From assembly GCA_021613535.1 (NCBI GenBank), contig CP075492.1:17236001-17300000 (forward strand): a stretch of DNA of 64,000 nucleotides, written 5' to 3'. Position 1 is the first letter of the stretch. The number at the start of each line of letters is the position of its first letter. The stretch is from Adineta vaga (lineage: Eukaryota; Animalia; Rotifera). This document shows, in pieces, positions 36,672-48,808 of the stretch. The translations under genes and the position numbers were made by a program. Under the pieces are notes generated by a model. That model had not been told where the DNA came from. It saw only the letters and a program-made list of their open reading frames with translations, and made no database searches.

Positions 36672-37981
36672 TTACGACAAAACAGTTTCATTGTTGATAC
36701 AGAATGTCTGAATTGTTGTATCCGATGAATTAATATTTAAAAAGAATTTTTTTAATAATTTTAAGCTTCTTTCATCCGCATACCCTTTGCGCCGATCTGT
36801 TCTGGTCCAAATCTTGATTGTTTTCAAATTTAGTCTTATATCCGCATCATTATGAGTTGTTGATTGATGCATCTAAAACAGAAATGATAAGAGTCAACTG
36901 TCCCAATATCACAAACAAATCACAGTACAATCGATGTTTTTCCTTTAAAAAATATTTTCCTACACTTCGTGAGTTGTTGCTGATGAAATTGACAATGAAC
37001 TATCAATCTTTTAATACTTACTCCAATGAGTTGTAAACTTCTATTTTGATCAAAATGAACAGCATTTATCATTAGTTTATTTAATTTTGGTAGACGAGGT
37101 AATAATTCCTTCGTTAGTACATGAAATGATATTTGAGTGCTTGTCCATGTACGATTTTCGTCAGGAATATCTATGAAAAGAAGTTCGACAAAGATGTCAA
37201 GCATAATCTAATTAAACTAATTTACTTCCAATAATAAGTGTTTCCAAATTACTCAATGATTTTTCTTCTTCTGGTAAATAATCAAATTCGAATTCAACAT
37301 CTTGTGTACCATGATGATCGCCATGTGAACATCCACATCGATATGGGGAGAAACTGATACTCAAATATTTCAAATATTTCATTTTTGAAGATATCAATTC
37401 GTTACATAATTCTACAAAGATAAATAGTGAAATGGTAGTACACCAGCACCATAACTCTCATTCTCATGTGATACTGAAGTATATCACACTTAACTGTCGT
37501 GTGGTTTAAGTTTAAAAAGTTCTTCCTTACGTTTTGGAAAAGATCCGTACTCGTCTCCTTCACGAATTTCGTGTAAAGTCAATCGTTCTAATGTTTGATA
37601 CAAATTCATTCTTTCACTGAATCTGACACTGGGTACTGGATGCTCAGGGGAATCCAATAACGTTAAAGATTTCAATTTAGTAAATTTATCTTGAAATAAT
37701 TTATCATACATGATTAAATTTAATCGATGTTCATCACAAGTACTAATTGCGAATGAATAATTTTGACTTCTCGAAAGAAAATCATGTAATTGAAAACAAA
37801 ATGTTAATAGATTTTTATTGGAAACGGAATCGAGATCAATCGGAATGTTTATTTTATGTAAAAGTAATTGTTTGAAACGTTGATTTAAAGAAAAGAATGT
37901 GTTATATAATTCATAGAAATGAAAATAATTGAAAAACATGGATATTAATTCATTTGATAATTGTTCGAATTTTGTAATCAT
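36672..37981 (-). pseudogene. F-box/LRR-like gene, fragmented (multi-exon, probably disabled)
   Basis: MITKFEQLSNELISMFFNYF...FFSLNQRF F-box. Downstream LRR-like pieces lie in different frames and are not all joinable by plausible introns. Confidence 0.6.
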
Positions 37982-38775
37982 CACTGGATTCGAACTGAAA
38001 TGGGTATGAACAATAATAATTAGATAACAATTCCTTGTATTATTTACGTTTGAATTTCTGCGTTCGTTTTCTGACGTTTTCTTGCGCACATAAAACTTTT
38101 TTCTACTTTAAATAACCGCAACAATCAAGATCGAAACTCTGCTTTATATAGATATAAACCTATGTAATTACACAACAAAATGAAAGAACTTGCTTCAACA
38201 TCAGATAAGAATATATCTGATCATCGTGCGAAAATTTGATCTCCTTTTCAAATTTATGGCATTTAGAAGATCAAAATAATTTATTAATTATCACAGAAAT
38301 ATTCATCATAAAAGTTCACTTGTTCGTTCAAGATCTGTCAGACTCGGGGTGGGTATTAGGATGAGAAAGTAATTTCATTTTTATCTATCTAGAACACACC
38401 TTTGTCCGCAAATGTGTTTAAGAATAAGTGAAATAACGATCAATGAGTACGACATTCTACATCCATACTCTGAAATTTAGATTCAACAGAAGATAAGAAA
38501 TCATAAAAATTTTGATTTAAAAGAAATGAACAAATTATGAAAATGCTGCTCTATTATTCAACATTATACTTTGTCCAGTAATATAATCTGAATCTTTACT
38601 CGCATAAAATAGAACTAAATTTGCTACATCTTCTGGATAATCTCTACGATCCAGTACAACATAACTTTCTTGAAGAGTATCCATTAATTTTCTCTTTTAT
38701 GAACCTTGATATCTTTCAACTTTCTCATCAATCATATTCCACATCTGGGTGCGTTATTCCTATAAAAATAATATA

Positions 38776-38822
38776 TTGAGGATGTGGGCAGTCTCATTGT
38801 CTCAAATCTATACCCACATTCT
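38776..38822. repeat. Telomere-like inverted-arm element
   Basis: ttgaggatgtgggc-agtctcattgtctcaa(16)-atctatacccacattct. Confidence 0.7.
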
Positions 38823-39090
38823 GCATACTTTCAACAAAACATTTTTCATCAACACTAATGTTATATCAAATGAATTTGATTAAAAATTGACAAGTAATTT
38901 TCTTAAAAGATTTTCTTTTCAGTATTATAGACTTCGAAAAATAAATCTATCCTGAAAAGATTAATAATAATCAACTGATGTTCTATCCATGGATAAAAGA
39001 ACAAATGACAACTGACGGTTCGATAATCTCCTGGAGAAAATATATATTAATTTGCAAATTTATTCTCTTACCTTATTCAATATTGTTAGA

Positions 39091-40171
39091 ATGTTTTCAT
39101 ATAATCAAACATTTTCTTTGGATGATAGAATATCAACAAGAACAATTATCGATGATTTGAATCTTGTACAAGAAAGATTTGTTAATAAACTCCCATTGGT
39201 TATTACGATTATTGGTCTTGTTGGATTCATTGGTAATCTTTTTACATTTCTTCAATCAAAACTTCGAAATAATTCATTTTGTATTTATACTCTTTTGGCT
39301 TCATTCATTGATATTATCAATCTTTTTATCAACCTCTTCCCACAATATCTTAATAGAAATATAGGCAATGTTGGTTCATTCGCCGATGACAGTTTAATAT
39401 GTAAACTTAGATTATTTGCTTTAGTATTTTTACCACAATTATCCATGAATCTCTTAATGATGTCTCTTATTGATCGATATGTATGTACATTTGGTCCAAC
39501 ATCTCGAATGTCTCGACTTCTTCAATTAAAAATGGTTCCTTTGATGATTTTTATTACTATCATCATTAGTTGTGTCATGTCATTATATTCTCCACTTTTG
39601 AATGATGTTGTTTCTGGTTTTGGATGTATGTCAATAAATCCAACACTAAATAGTGTTATCTATATTCTTATTCATGGAATAATAACGCCATTAATAATGT
39701 TTATTTTCGTATTTCTTACTTATCAAAAATTTTCACGAAGTCGACAACGCGTTGTAAGTATAATGTGTTTCCTTCTGCTTGATAATGACTATTTTATTGT
39801 AGGGTGCAGTAACAGTAGGAAATCGAAATCGTTTTCGAAATCAATTCATTGCAATGGCATTTACTCAAGTATTTGTAAGTAATTTCTTTATATTGCAATG
39901 GATAGTGATGTACTGGTACTTTTTGATCACACAAAATAATAACAAGAGTGCTGATGAATCGGCAATCATCTATTTTATGTTGGGTTTAACAAATAATTTA
40001 TACTATATAATCAATATAAGATCATTTTATTTATCAACATTAACATCTCGTTTATTTCGTGAGACAATGATCGTTGGTTTAATGAAACTATTACCTGGTA
40101 ATTTACATCGACAATGGAATTTAAGAAATGCATCAGTTGGTAATACGATTACTCTAAGACCAATTCAATAG
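39091..40171 (+). CDS. Orphan rhodopsin-like GPCR, 2 exons (39091-39753, 39803-40171)
   Basis: GLVGFIGN in TM1 and SLIDRY. Intron 39754-39802 (gtaagt...gtag) joins the ORFs in frame. Confidence 0.85.
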
Positions 40172-40256
40172 AAAATACTTTATCCTTTTGCACTTTTCTA
40201 TTTTGTCTTGTCATATTGTTGTAAGAAACTATTCATTTTTCAATAGTCAAAACAGA

Positions 40257-40303
40257 TGGGTGTATGGGTATGGGTGAAATCAAGATACCTAAATCCGTAT
40301 TCT
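40257..40303. repeat. Telomere-like inverted-arm element (right arm decayed), between convergent genes
   Basis: tgggtgtatgggtatgggt-gaaatcaagatacctaa(17)-atccgtattct. Confidence 0.55.
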
Positions 40304-40505
40304 ATTATCTACTTTGAATAAATTAATCGTATAATGTTTGGTGTGTTAATGAAATGTTTTATTTATTGAAAAAAAAAGTTTGTTAGATAACATTTAGACA
40401 AATATCTCAAAACAGAATCTTGGAAAGATTTTCCATGAAATAATCTTCCAAAACTATCCGTTGATGAACTTGCGAAAATGTGCTTTTAAAAAGATAATAT
40501 GTCAG

Positions 40506-42620
40506 TTATGATTGATGTTGTTCTTCACATAAACGTGTCAATGCATCAATAAATGTGATGAAATCGACTGTTTGTAATTGTTTTCCATCGAAATTTTTCG
40601 AATAATTTGATGAAACTTGTGCATATTCATGTCGATAGAATTGTTTTAAATGTCGTGCATAGAGAAGTAATGCTGTACCTGTCAATAAATGATCTCCAAT
40701 AAGTATAAATAAATCTCGATGAATATGATTCTCATCAAACCATTTTTGTATATGATTTTTTGTCCAATTTTTTAACGAATTTTCTTCTTCTTCTTGTTTA
40801 ACTATATTCTGTACTATTGGTTTGACAGGTAAAACTAATTTTTTATCAACATTTACAACAGAAAGTAATTCATTTGCAGCATCTTTGAATGCTTTTCTTC
40901 CAAAATGAATATATTTCTGTCCAGCAATTCGAATTCCTAACCATCCATTTGGACGATATTGTTGATTTGGAGCATATATTGGTACAATACGTTTTTTTAA
41001 TGTATCACATGCATAGGATAATTCTTGTCGACATGATTTCGAATCATAATATTTTTTTGTTACAATTAAAACAATTACCGTCGCTTTTTCCATTCCACTG
41101 GCAATTTCTTCCCATACATCATCGGAATGTATTTGTTGATAATCGACCCAAATTGGTAGATATTGTGATAAATATTTGACAAGTTCTTGACAAAATATTG
41201 CATCCGTATGTGAATAACTTATCATAATCAAATGTTCTTGACAAATATTATCTTTTGACAAAGGTAAACGTAATGATTCTAAATTCCATAGAATTCCATC
41301 TGCTGCTTTTTTCAATGAACATAAATCTAATGGAAAAGAATCATTTCTTGTACCTGTATATAATGATGATGATGTCGATAGATTCGATAATACATTCATA
41401 AGATTTGTATTTGATTGAAATTTTTCATGTGAAAATTGTTGAAATGAAATACTCCAAAGAAGATTTATTAATGTTATTAAAAGTTCATCTTTTATCAATT
41501 GAATATTACTAAATTTTATTTCCGATGTAAATTGTATTAATAATTGAGATAAACAATCAAATAATTGATTATTTTCTTTTAAACATTTCTTTAAAATATC
41601 ATCATTAACAAATAATTTACTTAGAACAACAAGACCTTCAATTATATGAAAGCCTTGATAGATTAATGAATTACATTGAGATGCATTTAATATTAATGTA
41701 ATTAATTGATCAAGAATATGACACATTAATTGATCAGCAAGAAGAAAATTTTGTTTGATTTCATCAGCTTCAACAAGTAATGCATAAGTTATTGATTGAA
41801 TAAAATCAATATTTGAATATTCTTTTTCATTATGATCTTTTTTCATTTGTTCTTTACTTTCAAGTAATGATTTAACACAATTTAATTCATTTAAAACTTC
41901 AACACCAATTGTACATCGTGCTAATTTTTGTAAAATATAACAAATATGAAGATCTGTTTGAAAGGATGGTCGTTGCCCAGGTGTTATTAACCATTGAATA
42001 CATGCATGAGGCCATTCATAACGAATAATCATGGGAACTAATAATGGTTTTTTACTAAAAATTTTCATTAATATTAAAATGTAATTAACAAGTTCAACTC
42101 TTTCTTTAGATTTCCAATTCTTTTTTGTAAATTCTAATGAATAGAAAAGAAAATTTGATGGAAGATTAGTTTCAGTTATTGAAATGAAAACACTTGAAAA
42201 GCCAATAATTGCTAATAGACAGTTGACAAGATGATCATATTGATTATTATCATCACGGAAATAATCTTCTTTGAGAAGAAATATGTAATTTTGAAAAATA
42301 GTTTCTAAATGTGATGGATCTTTAACAGAATGAAATAAATCTATTAGACAAACTCCATCAAATGCGTTTTGTAATGTTTCAAGAAAGGAATTTGTTATAA
42401 GTGATTCAGCATTTTGATTTGATAATTTCTTTTCAAATATTGGAATAATTCGATGGAAATTATCGATTAATGAAAGACCAAATGGTTTATCTTCGAGTAA
42501 TCCATTTGGAGTTGAAGATTTTAAATGAAGAAATAAACGTTGAACTGTTTCAATATAAACATTTTCCGATTGAGATAAGGATAAACTTTTTAAATCATTT
42601 ACAAAATCATTCGTTGCCAT
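40506..42620 (-). CDS. ARM-like repeats + TIR domain + SAM-like domain protein
   Basis: Helical N-terminus (LINLLWSISF, AADGILWNL); TIR IMISYSH...WVD...SCRQELSYA...IVPI...WLG; C-terminal WTKNHIQKWF...LTGTALL SAM-like segment. Confidence 0.85.
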   Translation of the reverse strand: MATNDFVNDLKSLSLSQSENVYIETVQRLFLHLKSSTPNGLLEDKPFGLSLIDNFHRIIPIFEKKLSNQNAESLITNSFLETLQNAFDGVCLIDLFHSVKDPSHLETIFQNYIFLLKEDYFRDDNNQYDHLVNCLLAIIGFSSVFISITETNLPSNFLFYSLEFTKKNWKSKERVELVNYILILMKIFSKKPLLVPMIIRYEWPHACIQWLITPGQRPSFQTDLHICYILQKLARCTIGVEVLNELNCVKSLLESKEQMKKDHNEKEYSNIDFIQSITYALLVEADEIKQNFLLADQLMCHILDQLITLILNASQCNSLIYQGFHIIEGLVVLSKLFVNDDILKKCLKENNQLFDCLSQLLIQFTSEIKFSNIQLIKDELLITLINLLWSISFQQFSHEKFQSNTNLMNVLSNLSTSSSLYTGTRNDSFPLDLCSLKKAADGILWNLESLRLPLSKDNICQEHLIMISYSHTDAIFCQELVKYLSQYLPIWVDYQQIHSDDVWEEIASGMEKATVIVLIVTKKYYDSKSCRQELSYACDTLKKRIVPIYAPNQQYRPNGWLGIRIAGQKYIHFGRKAFKDAANELLSVVNVDKKLVLPVKPIVQNIVKQEEEENSLKNWTKNHIQKWFDENHIHRDLFILIGDHLLTGTALLLYARHLKQFYRHEYAQVSSNYSKNFDGKQLQTVDFITFIDALTRLCEEQHQS

Positions 42621-43234
42621 TTTTTGACGAAATGACTTTTTCTTTTCTTAATCGTTGCATTTTAAGAATAATTTATTCTTTTATTCAATCGAATGAATAA
42701 TCTCGTTCTTTTACCTTTATATCAAATATATAATTATGTACAAACATGCAACGAAAAAATCGCAATATTAGGTAGACAATTTCAATAGCCAGACTATGAC
42801 ATCTATATGTATAACGTTTCTCGTTTTTTCTTCGTATTGGTTATGATAATCAGCAAGTCAATTTTTTTTTCTATTCTGTTCTTATTACTTATATAGACAG
42901 TATGACTAAAGTGGATTAGTACGCAATGAACTAAAGTTCGTTCTTTCTCATTCTTTGTCAAGACGGACAGTCCATCTTCATCAGTAGTCAGTTTATGTTG
43001 TAAAGAAACACCGACGTGTACACATATTAATCATCTCAAATTTACTTGAAAATATTTCTTTGCATTGCACAGATCATGATCAACTGTAGACAATTGTATG
43101 GTAATGTTTTTCATTCGAATTCGAACTGTATGTTGAACAGATTAGCAACATGGCACTATTTGAAAATACAACTTGTCTATTATATACTTCAGTGTATTTT
43201 TTATCGTCCACGAATAATCCATAATATTATTATT

Positions 43235-44542
43235 ATGATTTATTTCTGGAATTATTATGAGAATTTAACATTATCATACTTTATCATTATTGCCGCATGG
43301 TCGCATTTTATTATTGAATTATTATTCTTCGTTAAAGAACGCAACTCATCGCTTCGATATAGATTAATCATACTCACCTTACTTGCTTGTCATTTTGCTG
43401 TACATATGTTCGTTATCTTGTTACGGTGGCGACAATTCACACTAAATCAATTTGGATTTAACGTATACGTCGCGTGCTGTGAATTTTACTATTTAATTGA
43501 TATTATTTCGTTCATCATTCGATTTCAAGATGGTAGATATATACTCTTGTCTCTGTTCGGATGGAAACAGGGCTGTAAAGTCATGTGGCTAACAGATATC
43601 GATATAGCCAAACAAGTATTACTTAGTTCCGTTGATAAAGGTTCGTTTCTTGAAGAAAAACTTTTTGCTCCAGCTTGGTTACCTGTTCTTTCACTTGAAT
43701 CTGTCAATGGAAAAGCTTGGCAAGATTTAAAATCAAACTTTATAATTTTTCAAAAGCATCTTCCACCTGTAGAAAATCTCGTCGCTGCCGCACGTCACAT
43801 TTTATCAGCACAAGATCCAAATATCGAGATTGATGCAAATGAAGTTGTTCGTACAACGGTAGCTTGTTTTATTAAATGGATCTTCAATTTAGACTGGGAT
43901 GTCAAATGGAATTTTGTTTGTGAAGCATCATGGGAATGGCGTAAAGAAATAGCTGCTAAAGGAAAAGGTAACACACAGATAAAACATAAAACAATTGAAT
44001 GGTTAATTAACTTGATAAATAATTCCGAATATTATCATTTATTTGGTGAACAATGGTCCAGTCCAGAATATTATTCTATCATTATGCAACCATTTATTTT
44101 ATCACCTATGATAAATATTAGTGATATTGTAGTGTCAGCTTATCGTCATCCAGGAATGTCCATTCACGAATTTATTCATTATTATCATCCATTTCCGATA
44201 ATGGAACGATATATCGAGAAAGATTTGGTAAAACATAATAATGGCGATCCTATTATCCTCGTCAAAGCCAATACTCAAGTATTTATTCCATTGGATACAA
44301 TTGGACAACATGAACAATATACATCCGGTTTATGGACACCATTTGGCATTGGACCTAGAAGATGTCAAGGTTCGCAATATGCACTTCCTCTTCTTACTGA
44401 ACTTATGAATTACTATAAGAATAATCCGCAATTTATGCCTGAAAAGAACCATAAATATAGTGGAAGAAACAACGACCATTTATCATTTGGTGAATCAATT
44501 TATCAACTTATTCTGTTTATTAAAGTATTTATTCGTAATTGA
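43235..44542 (+). CDS. Atypical short cytochrome P450-like protein with multi-TM N-terminus
   Basis: Heme motif PFGIGPRRCQG is present. Canonical AGxET, ExxR and PERF are not recognisable. 2-3 N-terminal hydrophobic helices; intronless. Start codon uncertain. Confidence 0.7.
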   Translation: MIYFWNYYENLTLSYFIIIAAWSHFIIELLFFVKERNSSLRYRLIILTLLACHFAVHMFVILLRWRQFTLNQFGFNVYVACCEFYYLIDIISFIIRFQDGRYILLSLFGWKQGCKVMWLTDIDIAKQVLLSSVDKGSFLEEKLFAPAWLPVLSLESVNGKAWQDLKSNFIIFQKHLPPVENLVAAARHILSAQDPNIEIDANEVVRTTVACFIKWIFNLDWDVKWNFVCEASWEWRKEIAAKGKGNTQIKHKTIEWLINLINNSEYYHLFGEQWSSPEYYSIIMQPFILSPMINISDIVVSAYRHPGMSIHEFIHYYHPFPIMERYIEKDLVKHNNGDPIILVKANTQVFIPLDTIGQHEQYTSGLWTPFGIGPRRCQGSQYALPLLTELMNYYKNNPQFMPEKNHKYSGRNNDHLSFGESIYQLILFIKVFIRN

Positions 44543-44788
44543 TCGATACATGTATTTCATGCAATATCATTACTTATAATGTAAGAATGCCATACTGTCG
44601 ATCAATCCTTCGACAATTAAATTATCAAACACCAAAAGAAAACATTGACAATAGTTGTTCTATATGCTTGTAATTTTAAGGAGAAGAAAATAAATAACAA
44701 AGGTCATTTTGAACATAAAGGAGATTGTTGAACAAAATAAAAATAACAATAATTGAGTCACATGCATCATTGAATGCGATAGATGCTT

Positions 44789-44845
44789 TGGATGGGTGTG
44801 GGTGTTATATTCATCGCAAGTGTGTATTCTTACCCACGCCCTCGA
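44789..44845. repeat. Telomere-like inverted-arm element between convergent genes
   Basis: tggatgggtgtgggt-28 nt-acccacgccctcga. Confidence 0.75.
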
Positions 44846-45342
44846 GTATTTAAATAGATTAGTCTATATGTTAGATCGATATACAATTTTATAATTTCTA
44901 TTCATTGAAGAGTGCATATATAACTATCATTGTATTTGTCGATCGATTCAGCATTCCCATCTTTAATATGATGTTTAATATGTCAGATAATTTGTAAAGT
45001 TGAATCGAAGGATGATCTCTACTAAAGCAGCTTCTCGTTTTTTTTAATTTTATTTTTCAGAACAAGCCGTTTGATTGGCTCTTTAATGTGTCTGAGAGAA
45101 GCAACTACTCAATTATTGCTAGACAATCTTTTCAGACTTCAATAATACTTCATCTTATTTTGATTTAATTTTCAAGCATTGTGACAGTAAGGAATATATT
45201 TACGAAGAAAAATTGAATATTTAGAAAAGAATTAAGCATCAGTTATAAGCATTGAATTCAATAAAACTGTTAGTAATTTTCTCTAGACTTTCATGCCCTT
45301 GTTAAAAAAATAATAAACGTACGATATAGTTTAGTCAAAACG

Positions 45343-46155
45343 TTAATGGAACTGTCGACCAAGAATCACAAGACTCGCTAATAAATGATAATATTGATAA
45401 GACGAGCTTACTGCCGAATTATCTGAACTTGTAGTTGTGCTCACTGTCGTTGTAGAGTCAGCAGTGATTGTTGTTCTTGACGTTGTCGCAGCTGCGGTTG
45501 TTGTTGTTTTCGACGCTGTCAGAGCAGCGGTCGTTGTTGACGTTGTTGTTGTTGGAGCTGTAGTAGTAGTTGTTGTTGTTGCAGGACATACTGGTGGTAC
45601 TTTTGAACCAAACTCACCTTGAAAATTCCCTTGTGGATAATAGTTTGCCACACTGTAAACTGATTGGCCGTCATCACTCAGTGCAACACCAATACCCATT
45701 TGTATAGAATCGGACCAAACAACTTGTGTAAAATGTCCAGTCCCTGAACTGAAGCCCGGAGCACTATAATCGTAATCTTCAATCTCACTGTACCAATCAG
45801 CAGTCGGTTCCGCACCTAAGAAACGCATATGAAACTTGTTTTACTGAAAAGTGTGCACCTTACCGTCGAGAGAGCTGATGCCTGCTGATGAAGATTTCAT
45901 CCATAGATTTTCGCCCACTCCGGGTTCTCCACTGTGGCTAAAAGTTTCGTAGTACGCTAAATGTTCAGCATATTTCTGTGCCATCGTATTCAACGATGCA
46001 TTTAATGCCATTGGACGAGTACAATGAATTTGTTGACGATAGTAATTATGTTCTGCTAGAGCTTCTTGCTGAAAAACAGCAAGATTAATTGCACCCATCG
46101 CCGGGCAAATGCTTATAAATAAGAAACTTAAGAATATTGAAACATTTGGCATCAT
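45343..46155 (-). CDS. Secreted CAP/SCP (PR-1/GAPR-1-like) protein with Thr-rich stalk and probable GPI signal; 2 exons (46155-45864, 45815-45343)
   Basis: HNYYR, GENLW, WYSEI, GHFTQVVW and VANYYPQGN motifs. Phase-1 intron at 45863-45816. Confidence 0.92.
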
Positions 46156-48808
46156 TGCTGTTCTGCAAATAACAATAAATAATACCTAAAATAACAAATC
46201 TAATGATAAATTATTCAGACGAGACTGTTAATGGATTGATATAATCGAAGAAACATCATTAAAAATGATCAGTTTACGCATTTAAGGTTTAAGTAAAAAG
46301 TAATAAAAGGGTTTTTCCACAGTCATAATATGTGATTAGACAACTTATAGTAATAGATTTTTTACTTACTTCTTTCGAATGACAAACGGTAAGTGAAAAT
46401 GATTCTTGCCTTATATTGTCAGTCTTTTTATAGTGACTAAATTCAAGATAACAATTATTTTTACTACCGTGTCGTAGATTGGAAATATCTTTTTGATATA
46501 AACTTGAAACTATACGGTAATAATGAATAATAAACCTGTTTTTACCATACTTGAATATTTCCCATTAATAAAACATATAACCTTGAAGATAATTTTGTTA
46601 CGAAAGAGAAATATTCTCGAATCGAAAAGAAGAATTTACTTTTGATAAATAACATGGATAAAGATTCGTATGAGACACAAGTTTATTTGATTGCAGATTC
46701 AGATTGTCTTCTTCTCATTTGCTCTTTAATTATCAATAAACAAACTGCTTACAAGTTTCATTATTTAAAATAAATGAGTTTGTTGAGTCATATGTTTGCG
46801 TTTTTCTTTGTAAGAAAGAAGATTAACTATACGTTTAAGATGTTTGAGATAGGGAATACAAGAATATTGACCAGATGATCTTTCAATGTTTCACCATGTT
46901 AGACTCGACGTTTTTGTTATAAAAAGATCTTGATATGGTTTGAAAAACATTTCCCCCCGAAGGTTTCTATTCCTGAATTATATTTTTTCAAGGTAGGAGC
47001 GTTGTTTCGCACACTTCCACGTGAAGATTATAGTCCAGTACATAAAGGTTTGAATCAAAATTCAATAATATGATTTCATGGAAAATTTTGAATGTCCTTG
47101 GAAGAGTCCCGTACAAACTCGATATCTTGACACACTTAAAAAAGTGGGGAATAATTACTTATAACTTTTCGTTTATGATCATCGCATAGACGTTTTTCAA
47201 GTTTATGACTATCATATATCCTTTCATGTTTTCTCTTTTATTATAAATCTTGACAAGCGTCTGTTGTACGACATATTCATCGAGATTATAAAACGTACTT
47301 TTAATCCGTCATAAGATGAAATACCATGCTAATATTATCTATATCTATTCATTGTATATATGTATGATACAGTTTTAAATATGTGTTTTCCATAGTTTTC
47401 TTTCCTTGCTATTTGAAAAAAGTATAATTACTATTTCTGTCCTAAAAAATTGTAAGAATGTATATTTGTTATAAATATTTTGATTAAAAAACACATCAAA
47501 AGATCTCTATTATAAGATACGAAAGTGATCGACCTAAGTTTTTGTTTTATTTGCTATTCATGCGATATGCTAACAATTTAAAGAAAAAAGTCTAATAATT
47601 GAGGGTAGATGCGGTGGCGGTATCTCTGTTTCACTTCGTTTAATTTAGTATTTGTGTATTTATCTGTATAATCAGTTTACTCAAAGACAACTGGAGATTG
47701 TTATTCGTATTCAAGTGTGTAGTTTCAATGGATACATAGTGAGCTATTGAGGAAAAAACCTATAGGATGAATACTTTATTAAAAAAGATTAAAGATTCGT
47801 TTCTTTCTTCATCACACTCATACTGATAGTCATTCAAGATAATATCTAATGCAGTAATGTCTACAAAAGACAGTTCCAGATCAGAAAGAATGATATGTGA
47901 ACAACCGCGGATAAAGTATTGAAATAATCTGTTTTATTTTTCTTTTACATATTTAATCAGCATCAATTTCATCCAAAATAATCGTGAATAACGAAATCTA
48001 TTTAATGTAACTCGCCCAACGGTGAATCTACTTATGCAAGATGATGACAATAATGATTATCGACAGTACCTTATACAAAGTCGTTTTTCTTCCTCTTTAT
48101 ATAACTTAGTGGTCATTACTTACTCATCAAATATGAGAGCATTATTTTCTGTCTCTGTGCGTGGTCTAGAAGCCGTAATTATCCAGTAGAAACTGACTAC
48201 ACTTCTCATTTGTTCTTGTTAAAAAAATGCTGAATTTATATATTCTGCATATAGGTCAAGTTGAGCTCTAGACTTCTATGATATTTCATAAATCTTTAAC
48301 TTCTCGATTGACCATTAGTAAACAGCTTGGAGAGTGGATTCAAAAAAGGGTATGGGTGTTTTACTCATCTTTTGCACACACATGGTTAAATAGGTTGATC
48401 ATCGACTACGTTCGGATTTTGGTTGGCCGACTAATTGATATTGGTCGGATGAAAACAATATGTGAGAACTGTGTTCCAATTTCAGATGTTGCAGCTCTGT
48501 TAGAAGAGTAGTCTTTTAATAGGGTGTTTGAACTTTTGTCAAAAAATGACCCTATCAAGGTGGGGAGGACATAATAATCTTAGCGTTAAAAATACAGCCA
48601 ATTCATATTTGAAGATGTGAATTTCCTCTACTTATCTTATTCGAAACAGTCGACAGGGTGAAGCAGATGTTTTCTCACGAATTTATCAGATTCTGCTAGT
48701 TGTCAGTGGCTTATGTGTGTTTTCTCATTACTTTGAGATGTGAAGCGTCATTTATGTATAGTGCATTTTTTTAATTTTAATTAGACAGCAAGCTCAAAGT
48801 ATAATAAG

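Noticed and set aside
45425-45585. GTT/GTA-rich simple repeat
   Set aside because: It encodes the Thr-rich stalk of the CAP protein on the minus strand.
46860-48130. Coding-like patches in the long intergenic region
   Set aside because: Too fragmented to assign; no coherent ORF or exon chain.
48519-48556. Short atagggt...accctat inverted pair resembling a Tc1/mariner end
   Set aside because: Only 7 bp of symmetry and no partner terminus or transposase; could be chance.
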